Source: Syntrophus aciditrophicus (lineage in GTDB: Bacteria > Desulfobacterota > Syntrophia > Syntrophales > UBA5619). Taken from it: DNA of 56,584 nucleotides. This document shows positions 10,149 to 17,917 of the stretch, in pieces. Where the stretch lies: contig DYLD01000002.1 of the NCBI GenBank assembly GCA_020722315.1, positions 1 to 56,584 on the forward strand, written 5' to 3'. The position numbers were made by a program, and so were the translations under genes. Under the pieces are notes generated by a model, which ran no database searches, was not told where the DNA came from, and saw only the letters and a list, made by a program, of their open reading frames with translations. Positions within the stretch are counted from its first letter, which is position 1, and each line of letters starts with the position of its first letter.

Positions 10149-10174
10149 CAGCCCCTATCCTTTTTTGTTTTATC

Positions 10175-10367
10175 GAGACCTTGGAAAAACGGTGCCTGAA
10201 GCGCAAATTTATTGATTTTTCTTAGGTACCCCGCCGTCCTGAGCAAGGCTTTTGAAGGCGTTAAGAACGCAAGCGTTAGAGAGCGTTTAGCCTTTGAAGC
10301 CGATGCGAGACGTTGCGGGGTCGAGAAACATCCGATCAGCGCGAAGGCGGCGTTTTGCAAAGGTCCC
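10175..10367 (-). mobile_element. MITE-like foldback repeat, full-length copy A, flanked by 5-bp TSD TTATC
   Basis: 193 bp with ends GAGACCTTGGAAAAAC...GTTTTGCAAAGGTCCC. High identity to copy B in reverse complement. TTATC at 10170-10174 and again at 10368-10372. Confidence 0.85.
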
Positions 10368-10545
10368 TTATCATCTAATGGGCGTTGGGGGCATTGTCAA
10401 GAAAAACAGTAGGAAAAGATTTCTGTTCATTTTGTTGCTGCTGTTATAAAATAATATACCTTGGTTGAGCTTTCCTGGGCGAACGGTTTTTTTAAGAAAC
10501 GCTGGTTGCACCCATTTTCAAAAAGCGGAAGGAGGCCTCTGTGTT

Positions 10546-11082
10546 ATGGAAGAAATAGTAAGCACAGTCGCGGAAAATCGGATCTTGGCGGTCATAGTAG
10601 TGCTCGCGTTGCTTTTGATCGTCTTTTACGTTGTTAAGAGCGCGGTAAAAATAGGCCTTGTAATACTGATCGTTGTTATTGCTGTTGGGGGCTATCTGTA
10701 TTTTAAAAACCCTGAAAACCGGTTCGCAAACGTGACTGATGCAATGAACAAGGCAAAGACTGCTACATCAGAGGTTGTTGGAAAAGGGAAGAGCGTCTAT
10801 AACGAAAGCCGCAAGTTGATGCAAAAGGGAACGGATACCTACAAAAAAGGTAAAGAGAAAATGGACAGCGGCAGGCAGTCGTTGGAAAGGGGTGTAAAGA
10901 CGGGAAAAGAGATGGTCAGGAAGGGAAAAGAATGGATTACCGATCTTTTCTTGTTTTTGAAAGAGAAATTCGACAGTGAATCAAAAAGTCAAAGAAAGGT
11001 GAAAAGTGTATCAAAAACAGGCCTGGATGATTCAGAGAAGGTCAACCTCCATTGCCCGCACCGGACAAGACAGTACGCATAA
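10546..11082 (+). CDS. Small membrane protein with two TM helices and a Lys/Gly-rich repetitive tail (YtxH-like appearance)
   Basis: Start at ATG 10546 with GGAGG 10 nt upstream. Hydrophobic N-terminus followed by KGK/KKGKEK repeats. The 3' end overlaps the convergent gene by 51 nt. Confidence 0.6.
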   Translation: MEEIVSTVAENRILAVIVVLALLLIVFYVVKSAVKIGLVILIVVIAVGGYLYFKNPENRFANVTDAMNKAKTATSEVVGKGKSVYNESRKLMQKGTDTYKKGKEKMDSGRQSLERGVKTGKEMVRKGKEWITDLFLFLKEKFDSESKSQRKVKSVSKTGLDDSEKVNLHCPHRTRQYA

Positions 11083-11442
11083 TTCACAACCGTTGCAGAG
11101 TTCGGGATCAAAGAGAACCTTCCAGGTTTCGCGGTCGAAATGCAACGCGCCCGTCGGACAAACACCGGTGCATGACCCGCAATGGATGCATTTGTCGGTA
11201 TTCTGCCGGACGCTTTTGGAAAGTGGCTCAACACCTAAACCCTGCGACTTGAGATAACGTATCCCCTCATCGAAGTTTTCCTTTGCACCGCTGAGGTCAA
11301 GAACAAGAAGGCCCTCTCTGCGGGGGGAAATTCGTGCCTTCAGGATATTCATAACGAGGTCGTAGCGTTTTACCAATTCGTAAATAATTGGTTTTTCTGA
11401 AGATTCTGCAGGATAATGGACAACCACCTTTCTCGAGTACAT
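11032..11442 (-). CDS. NIL domain - 2x[4Fe-4S] ferredoxin fusion protein
   Basis: N-terminal NIL-like domain (VVHYPAES...PIIYELVKRY...GLLVLDLSG) and two CxxCxxCxxxCP motifs (CIHCGSCTGVCP, CNGCELCVLSCP). Confidence 0.8.
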   Translation of the reverse strand: MYSRKVVVHYPAESSEKPIIYELVKRYDLVMNILKARISPRREGLLVLDLSGAKENFDEGIRYLKSQGLGVEPLSKSVRQNTDKCIHCGSCTGVCPTGALHFDRETWKVLFDPELCNGCELCVLSCPVRAMEVDLL

Positions 11443-11479
11443 CTTGGATACAACCCCCTGGCCGTTTGTGGAAAACCTT

Positions 11480-11671
11480 GAGACCTTTGCAAAACGCCGC
11501 CTTCGCGCTCATAAATCCTTTTCGACCCCGCTGCGTCTCGCGGCGGCTTCAAAGGCTAAACGCTCTGGGATCGTTCGCGTTTTTAACGCCTTTAAAGCCT
11601 TGGCTTTGACGGCGGGGTACCTAAGAAAAATCAATAAATTTGCGCTTCAGGCACTGTTTTTCAAAGGTCTC
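11480..11671 (+). mobile_element. MITE-like foldback repeat, full-length copy B, flanked by 5-bp TSD ACCTT
   Basis: 192 bp with ends GAGACCTTTGCAAAAC...GTTTTTCAAAGGTCTC. ACCTT at 11475-11479 and again at 11672-11676. Imperfect internal palindrome. Confidence 0.85.
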
Positions 11672-11678
11672 ACCTTGT

Positions 11679-11722
11679 GAAACCTCTCCCAAGCGGTTTC
11701 ATTCGCGCTTCATGAAACGATT
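11679..11722 (+). repeat. Solo left-arm relic of the repeat family
   Basis: GAAACCTCTCCCAAGCGGTTTCATTCGCGCTTCATGAAACG resembles the element's left arm. It contains a 7-bp hairpin GTTTCAT/ATGAAAC (11696-11718). Confidence 0.45.
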
Positions 11723-11770
11723 TTGGGTATTCAGCAAAACTCTTGCCTTGTAATTAAGGGGGACCGTTTT

Positions 11771-12268
11771 TCAGCCAATCGAACCCCGAATCTCCAAAAG
11801 CTCGTTCCAATCAATAAGGGGAAATACCACATGCAGATTGTGATCGTCAACCACAAGGCGGTAATCGAGATTGTGGAAGATCTTACCGGCGATTTCGCGT
11901 GTAGGCTCCGGCGGAACTACGCTGTCGCTTTTGCCGTGATAGAGGATAACGGGAATCTCGAGAGGTTTTTTGCAATAGCTTGCAGGATCGGCATGTAAAA
12001 GAGCCGGGGCAAGCAATACGAGTCGTCTGACGCGGGATTCGTTCAGGCAGGCGAAGATTGTCGCCATCAGGCCGCCGTAACTGGATCCGACAAGGATCAT
12101 GTTCGTGGCGCCTGCCAAATCTCTCGAGAGCTTCTCCATTCTCTCACTCAATGTTCCCGCATAGTCTTCTATCAACATGTCAGCGTATCTGTTTCTGAAA
12201 AAGCTTCCTTTAGTTCCCCGACTGCTGCTGTCCAAACCATGAATAAATACGCGCCTAATGTTATTCAT
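11771..12268 (-). CDS. Alpha/beta hydrolase (small esterase, YqiA-like)
   Basis: 165 aa with nucleophile elbow GSSYGG and a C-terminal Asp/His region (DDHNLH). Confidence 0.75.
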   Translation of the reverse strand: MNNIRRVFIHGLDSSSRGTKGSFFRNRYADMLIEDYAGTLSERMEKLSRDLAGATNMILVGSSYGGLMATIFACLNESRVRRLVLLAPALLHADPASYCKKPLEIPVILYHGKSDSVVPPEPTREIAGKIFHNLDYRLVVDDHNLHVVFPLIDWNELLEIRGSIG

Positions 12269-12426
12269 TTTTCTGCCACTTTTGCCGAAGGTATTGCTGT
12301 ATTTACAAGTCGTTGCTTTACATATCCCGGTATGCTAAAGATTTGCAAGAAAAATTGCAGGCGCTTAAAGAGAGTCATGAAAACGGATTTTTATTGATTG
12401 AAGCGCCTTTTGAAAGAGGAGAAAGC

Positions 12427-13662
12427 ATGGCGTTGGTGTTTCCATTCAGGGCGCTCAGACCCAGAGCTGAATTTGTCTGCAAGGTTCCGACGCTTCCCTA
12501 CGATGTCTTTAGTCTCGAAGAGGCAAGAGATCAGATAGCGAAAAATCCTTTTAGTTTCCTTCGCATTGAAAAGGCGCAGTGTGAGCTGCCCGATTCGATC
12601 GTGGAAAGCGACGAAAAAGCTGCGAAAAAGGCGAGAGAAAATCTGAATAGATTCAGAGCAGAGAAGATTTTTTTTCAGGATGAATCCGAATCGTTTTATA
12701 TCTATAGGCAGCAGGCACGCGACCATGTCCAAACAGGTATCGCAGCCTGTCTAAGCACACGCGAGTACCGTGCCGGGAGGATTAAAACCCATGAACTCAC
12801 GCTGGCCGGCAAGGAAAGGGAAAGGATGGTTCACATAAACAGCGTCGGAGCTCATACCGGGCCGGTCTTTCTGGTGTACCGAGGGCGCAGAGAGATAGAC
12901 GATCTGGTTTCACAGTTTGTCATTAAAGACCCTGAATATGACTTTATTGCCGACGACGGTGTCAGACACACGGTCTGGATGATCAATGAAACCCAAGCGG
13001 TTCAATCATTAAAAGACGCTTTTTCGTTGGTTGAGACTTTTTATGTCGCGGATGGTCATCATCGAGCTGCTGCTGCGGCGCAGGTTGCAGAACTGAAAGT
13101 GTCCGGTGATGCCGAAAGGACAGAACGTGATTTGATGCTTGCCGTCCTGGTTCCTCACGATCAAGTGAAGATATTGGGGTATAACCGTGTTGTCAGAGAC
13201 TTAAACGGTTTTTCTCGAGGCACGTTTTTGGACCAGATAGAAAAAAAATTCAGCATAGCGAGGCATTTTAAATCCGGCTTGCCCGAACGACCGCGTGATT
13301 TCGGCATGTATTTTGACGGGGAATGGTTTCTTTTGTCGGCGAGGCCCGAGCTTTTTGGCATCGATAGCCCGCACAGGCCATTGGACGTTTCGATTCTTCA
13401 AGACCATATTCTTGGTCCCATGCTGGGAATCAGGGATCCGAGAACGGATCGGCGAATTGGTTTTATTGGCGGTGCAAAAGGGGCGTCAGCCTTAGAAAGA
13501 GCTGTTGATAAAGGTGACTTTAAGATTGCCTTTTCGCTTTACCCGCCGACGATAGAAGAGATGATGGCCATTGCGGATGCCGGCGGGATTATGCCGCCCA
13601 AATCCACTTGGTTCGAACCGAAACTTCTCAGTGGTTTATTTGTCCACCTGCTTGATTCGTGA
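12427..13662 (+). CDS. DUF1015 domain-containing protein
   Basis: Start at ATG 12427 (AGAGGAG SD), giving MALVFPFRALRP, which is typical of DUF1015 N-termini. Contains the YVADGHHR motif. Confidence 0.8.
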   Translation: MALVFPFRALRPRAEFVCKVPTLPYDVFSLEEARDQIAKNPFSFLRIEKAQCELPDSIVESDEKAAKKARENLNRFRAEKIFFQDESESFYIYRQQARDHVQTGIAACLSTREYRAGRIKTHELTLAGKERERMVHINSVGAHTGPVFLVYRGRREIDDLVSQFVIKDPEYDFIADDGVRHTVWMINETQAVQSLKDAFSLVETFYVADGHHRAAAAAQVAELKVSGDAERTERDLMLAVLVPHDQVKILGYNRVVRDLNGFSRGTFLDQIEKKFSIARHFKSGLPERPRDFGMYFDGEWFLLSARPELFGIDSPHRPLDVSILQDHILGPMLGIRDPRTDRRIGFIGGAKGASALERAVDKGDFKIAFSLYPPTIEEMMAIADAGGIMPPKSTWFEPKLLSGLFVHLLDS

Positions 13663-14435
13663 TGAATAAAAAGGCTTTGTTGCGCGATGATGAGAAAATA
13701 GATTCCATTCTTGGAGGCCGTCTGGGCATCATCCAGCCAAAAAGGGGTTATCGTTTTTCAATCGATGCGCTTCTTCTCGCCGGTTTTGTTCATCTGCAAG
13801 AACAAGACAGGGTGATAGATTTAGGAACAGGTTGCGGCATTATCGCGATTATTCTAGCAAAGCAAAGACCTGAAGTGCGTGTATTGGGAGTGGAAATCCA
13901 AGACCGTCTGGTTTCCATCGCAAAACGTAGTATTCAGTTGAACGGGCTTTCCGATGAAATCGAAATTGTAAAAGGGGATATCCGCTTTCCGGAGTCATTT
14001 TGCACGCCGGAATCATTTTCCACTGCGGTCTTTAATCCCCCCTATAGAGGATTGCATTCCGGAAGGATCAATCCTGATCCGGAGAAGGCTGTAGCCAGGC
14101 ACGAAATATTGGGCACGCTCGGCGACTTTATGGCCGCCGCGGCATATGCGCTCCGTCCGGGAGGGCATGTCTACGTGATTTATCCGTCGATGAGAATGTC
14201 GCATTTGCTGGCCCAGATGAGATTGGTCCGTATTGAACCGAAGAGGCTCTGCACGGTTTATTCCCATTCGGGTGCCTCAGCCTGTTTCGTTCTTGTCGAC
14301 GGATTAAAGGGGGGAGGGGAAGAACTCGATGTTCTTCCTCCGATTTGTATTTACAATCGGAACGGGAAATATACCCGACAAATGACCCGTATTCTCAGGT
14401 GTCTTGCGCCCTTTGCACCTTGCGCCGCCGTATGA
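13662..14435 (+). CDS. SAM-dependent methyltransferase, tRNA1(Val) m6A37 (TrmN6/YfiC)-like
   Basis: DLGTGCGIIAI (motif I) and FNPPY (motif IV). The ATG overlaps the DUF1015 stop (TGATG). Confidence 0.7.
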   Translation: MNKKALLRDDEKIDSILGGRLGIIQPKRGYRFSIDALLLAGFVHLQEQDRVIDLGTGCGIIAIILAKQRPEVRVLGVEIQDRLVSIAKRSIQLNGLSDEIEIVKGDIRFPESFCTPESFSTAVFNPPYRGLHSGRINPDPEKAVARHEILGTLGDFMAAAAYALRPGGHVYVIYPSMRMSHLLAQMRLVRIEPKRLCTVYSHSGASACFVLVDGLKGGGEELDVLPPICIYNRNGKYTRQMTRILRCLAPFAPCAAV

Positions 14436-14904
14436 TCTCCTTTTTCATGACACGTTCGATTGTTTCTCTAAGCTCAGTATCCTTGATGGACGCGAGACTC
14501 TGTTTGAGCATCTGCAAATCCCGTTTCTCAAGTTTTTCCTCCGTTTCGGAAGCAGAGGTTTTCGTATCGGGAGCCTGAATATGACGTACCGGAATCTCGC
14601 CGACAACGAAAAAGAGCCGCTTGAATTCTTCAGAACCAGACAGCTCATTTAGCTTGCTCCGGATTTCTTCCTTTAGGAACTGTAACTGGTGAATCCATGC
14701 AGGGGAAGAGGCCAGTACATACAAACAGCCCCTTTTAACATTTTCCGGAATAGTCTGAGATGCGATTTGGGGACCTACCGCTCTTTCCCAAAGGTCTCTG
14801 AGGCGCCTGTTTGTCCCTTTGTAGGGGATGTCCAGTTTTTTAAATACCTTTGGAAAGATATCCGCGATAAGTACGGGTCTTTGGGATGTATTGCTTCTTC
14901 GCAT
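14395..14904 (-). CDS. DUF721 (DciA-like) domain protein with charged C-terminal extension
   Basis: The pattern LWERAVGPQIASQTIPENVKRGCLYVLASSPAWIHQLQFLKEEI matches DUF721. The 3' end overlaps the convergent methyltransferase gene by 41 nt. Confidence 0.65.
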   Translation of the reverse strand: MRRSNTSQRPVLIADIFPKVFKKLDIPYKGTNRRLRDLWERAVGPQIASQTIPENVKRGCLYVLASSPAWIHQLQFLKEEIRSKLNELSGSEEFKRLFFVVGEIPVRHIQAPDTKTSASETEEKLEKRDLQMLKQSLASIKDTELRETIERVMKKEIIRRRKVQRAQDT

Positions 14905-15062
14905 GCGTTATTTTTGCACATTTTTCAACGGAAGGTCAAGGGTGAGCAATATTTCACTTGACCTGTTAACGATTGGAGGGTTAGCAGTCCAAGAAGCGGT
15001 TTCGGATTTAACTTCGTGAACAGTATCATTTAGCCTTCACTGTTTTAGGAAAGGAGTAGGGG

Positions 15063-15413
15063 ATGGATTTGGTAGACATGATAAATAGCGTCAGGGCAAA
15101 TCCCGCCTGCAAAAAGGCCGGGATGATTGTTTGTCATAATGGCATTGTCCGTGAAACCTCTAAAGACGGCCGAGTGGTGCGGGGACTTCAGGTGAAAGCG
15201 GATCGTGATCGTCTTGAGCGTGTTATCTCAGAAATGAGGCAGAAGCCAGGGATTGTCGCGGTTCTCGCAGAGGTGCGTGAGGGTCGTCTGAAAATCGGGG
15301 ATGATATTATGTTTGTCGTCGTGGCCGGCGATATCAGGGAACATACATTTCCCGTTCTCGAGGAGATGGTTGAGGCACTCAAAAAGCTTGTTCTTGTGGA
15401 AAGAGAGATTTGA
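15063..15413 (+). CDS. MoaE-like (molybdopterin synthase catalytic subunit family) short protein
   Basis: GMIVCHNGIVR and GDDIMFVVVAGDIREHTF...MVEALKK parallel the MoaE motifs GAVVTFTGKVR and GDEIVFVGVTSAHR...MDYLK. Only 116 aa. Confidence 0.55.
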   Translation: MDLVDMINSVRANPACKKAGMIVCHNGIVRETSKDGRVVRGLQVKADRDRLERVISEMRQKPGIVAVLAEVREGRLKIGDDIMFVVVAGDIREHTFPVLEEMVEALKKLVLVEREI

Positions 15414-15437
15414 GGACTTGCCGGGCTGTTTGGTCGC

Positions 15438-15466
15438 TTGAAAAATCATAAGGCCGATGCTATATT
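15438..15466 (+). promoter_or_regulatory. Candidate sigma70-type promoter upstream of pcm
   Basis: TTGAAA (15438-15443), 17-nt spacer, TATATT (15461-15466). Confidence 0.35.
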
Positions 15467-15581
15467 TTTCACGCATTTCTCGTCGCAGTGAGGGAAAATA
15501 ATTGTAGTTGAAAAGAAGCCGGTGCTTTATAGCTTGCCTTCAAATATCATTTGAGAAGGTTTAGCTTCTAGGGGTTCAAAA

Positions 15582-16238
15582 GTGACGGACAGGTTTCTGA
15601 AACAGAGAATGAAGATGGTTGAAACCCAGATCAGGCTTAGAGGAATAAAGGATCAGAGGGTTCAAAAGGCAATGGAGAAGATTCCCCGTCATCTCTTTGT
15701 GAACGAAGGATTGCATGATCAGGCCTATAACGACAACCCACTCCCGATCGAGTGCCAGCAAACCATTTCGCAGCCATATATTGTCGCGCTGATGACCGAG
15801 GCAATGGAACTGACCGGATCTGAAAAAGTCCTCGAAATAGGAACGGGCTCCGGGTATCAAACCGCGATACTTGCAGAGCTTGCCGGGCGCGTGTTTTCTA
15901 TTGAACGTATCGCGTCTCTGGCCAATGCGGCGAGGACGATTTTAGACGCGCTGGGTTATTACAACGTCGCGATTCGAGTCGGCGACGGTACGTTTGGGTG
16001 GCGGGAAGAATCACCTTTCGGTGCAATTGTCGTCACTGCCGGGGCCCCCAAGGTGCCGCGGCCTTTGCTTGAGCAGCTTGCCCCCGGGGGGCGTCTTGTA
16101 ATCCCTGTAGGTACACGCAGCTCACAAATGCTTCTTAAATTGACCAGGCTCTCTGATGAACCTGAGGATGTCAAACAGGAAAGGCTTTGCGGCTGCCGTT
16201 TTGTCGATCTGATCGGGGAAAATGGATGGAAAGACTGA
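15582..16238 (+). CDS. pcm: Protein-L-isoaspartate O-methyltransferase
   Basis: VPRHLFV-type motif (IPRHLFV), SQPYIVA and LEIGTGSGYQTA. GTG start. Confidence 0.9.
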   Translation: MTDRFLKQRMKMVETQIRLRGIKDQRVQKAMEKIPRHLFVNEGLHDQAYNDNPLPIECQQTISQPYIVALMTEAMELTGSEKVLEIGTGSGYQTAILAELAGRVFSIERIASLANAARTILDALGYYNVAIRVGDGTFGWREESPFGAIVVTAGAPKVPRPLLEQLAPGGRLVIPVGTRSSQMLLKLTRLSDEPEDVKQERLCGCRFVDLIGENGWKD

Positions 16239-17155
16239 CAGGCCGCATACAAATCTGTCTTTTTCTGGTCATTCTCTGGTCATGTTCAGGATTGCCCTTT
16301 AAAGAGACCGGCCCGACGGGGGTCTATCATCGTGTAAAAGCCGGCGAGACATTATCGGAAATTGCCGGGGCGTATCACGTTGATCTTTCGAGTATTGTTA
16401 AGGCTAACCACATTGTTGATGTCTCCTCGATCGAAAAAGACGCGGTGATTTTCATTCCCAACGCGCAGGGGTTTGTTGATCAAACGAAAATCATTTCAAA
16501 AGCAGGTCGATCTCAAGCCAAAGGAGCCCAAGGCGACACTGTTGAACAGCGCCAGGTTTCCACCACGCACCACGGTAAAATTTCCAAAAAGCAAAAGATT
16601 GGTGAAAAAAGCCGCAAACAGGTTTCCGGAAATGTTCTTGTCCAAGAGGACGTGGATAGGCCTACAAAGGGGGCAAAAGTGTTAACATCTGAAGATCATT
16701 CGGACAAAGGAGAGAGTGTCGATAAAAAGTACAAGCCAGGAGACCTCACTCTAAAAGAGAGCCGGCAACAGACTCGTCTAATCAAACACCTTTTCATTTG
16801 GCCGTTGAAGGGAAAAGTGATTTCTTTCTTTGGGAAGCAGTCAAACGGGATGTTTTTCAACGGGATTAAGATATCACCATTGGGAAATACGGCTGTATTG
16901 GCAGCCCGGGATGGGGTTGTTATACGCTCGGAACGTTTGAAATATTATGGTGAAACCGTGATTCTTCAGCATTCCGATGATTACGCGACCGTTTATGCAA
17001 ACCTTGTCATCCGCGCAGTAGACCTGAAATCACGCGTGAAAAAAGGTGATAGAATAGGTTTTATCGGCGATATCTCCGAAAATAACAGGCCCTATCTCTA
17101 TTTTGAAATCCGGCACAAAAATAGGGCAAAAGATCCTGTTTCTTTTCTTCCCTGA
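16226..17155 (+). CDS. nlpD: LysM domain / M23 peptidase lipoprotein (NlpD-like)
   Basis: Start at ATG 16226, overlapping the pcm stop. Lipobox LWSC, LysM (YHRVKAGETLSEIAGAY) and a C-terminal M23 domain (YLYFEIRH). Shows the classic pcm-nlpD adjacency. Confidence 0.85.
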   Translation: MERLTGRIQICLFLVILWSCSGLPFKETGPTGVYHRVKAGETLSEIAGAYHVDLSSIVKANHIVDVSSIEKDAVIFIPNAQGFVDQTKIISKAGRSQAKGAQGDTVEQRQVSTTHHGKISKKQKIGEKSRKQVSGNVLVQEDVDRPTKGAKVLTSEDHSDKGESVDKKYKPGDLTLKESRQQTRLIKHLFIWPLKGKVISFFGKQSNGMFFNGIKISPLGNTAVLAARDGVVIRSERLKYYGETVILQHSDDYATVYANLVIRAVDLKSRVKKGDRIGFIGDISENNRPYLYFEIRHKNRAKDPVSFLP

Positions 17156-17238
17156 AACGAAAAAGTTGTTGGATAAGCAGACATCATATCTCAATGGTTT
17201 TCAAAGAGGCTAAGGCTGTCAGACCATTGCGAATCCCA

Positions 17239-17267
17239 TTGACTATTCTGTAATAATCTGTTAAACT
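17239..17267 (+). promoter_or_regulatory. Candidate sigma70-type promoter upstream of carD
   Basis: TTGACT (17239-17244), 17-nt spacer, TAAACT (17262-17267). Confidence 0.4.
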
Positions 17268-17300
17268 ACTTTTCTAAGATTAAAACAGATGGGTGTGGAA

Positions 17301-17786
17301 ATGTTTAAGGTAGGTGATTTCGCTGTTTACCCCGCGCAGGGAGTAGGAATTATAGAGGCCATAGAAAACAGAGAAGCCGGTGGAACTAAACAGGCGTTTT
17401 ATATCATGAAGATTATGAGCAATGGGATGAAGATTATGATACCCTTAAATGCAGCCAAATCGGCGGGGCTTCGTGAGGTGATCAAGGAAAAGGAAATACC
17501 AAAAATATATGATATTCTTAAAAATAGAGACGTTACGATAGACAAGCAGACATGGAACAAGAGATACCGGGAATACCTGGAAAGAATCAAAACGGGTTCG
17601 GTCTTTGAAATTGCCAGGGTTCTGCGCGATCTTTACGTTCTAAAATCAGACAAAAATTTGTCCTTTGGCGAGAGGAAAATAATGGATACGGCACGAGGGC
17701 TTCTTGTTAAAGAGATTTCTATTGCCGCGAAAGCCGAAGAGGCAAAGATTGAAGAAGATATTAAAATGATTTTTACGATGCACTAG
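17301..17786 (+). CDS. carD: CarD/CdnL family transcriptional regulator
   Basis: MFKVGDFAVYPAQGVGII N-terminal Tudor-like domain. About 160 aa, CdnL-like. Confidence 0.9.
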   Translation: MFKVGDFAVYPAQGVGIIEAIENREAGGTKQAFYIMKIMSNGMKIMIPLNAAKSAGLREVIKEKEIPKIYDILKNRDVTIDKQTWNKRYREYLERIKTGSVFEIARVLRDLYVLKSDKNLSFGERKIMDTARGLLVKEISIAAKAEEAKIEEDIKMIFTMH

Positions 17787-17917
17787 CATCCATGACATAC
17801 AATGGAAAGCTCTGTTGAGTCTGGCACGTTTAAGAAAAGGAGACGGTACCTTAGAAGATCAATATCTGTGAGATAGTCTAAAAAGCGGAGGTAGGGAATC
17901 TGATCGTAAAATCTATA

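Noticed and set aside
10145-10360. Small ORFs lying inside repeat copies (10145-10360, 11444-11680, 34120-34305, 36251-36541, 37791-38135 and others) that give similar peptides such as ...NAAFALI... or ...FAKRRLRAHKSF...
   Set aside because: The similarity comes from the DNA repeat. Frames and ORF boundaries differ between copies because of indels, most begin with non-ATG codons and none has an SD. They are repeat-derived, not genes.
10175-11671. Idea that inverted copies A and B form a composite transposon carrying the membrane-protein and NIL-ferredoxin genes
   Set aside because: Each copy has its own matching 5-bp duplication (TTATC around A, ACCTT around B), showing two independent insertions. 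A composite element would instead share one duplication at its outer ends.
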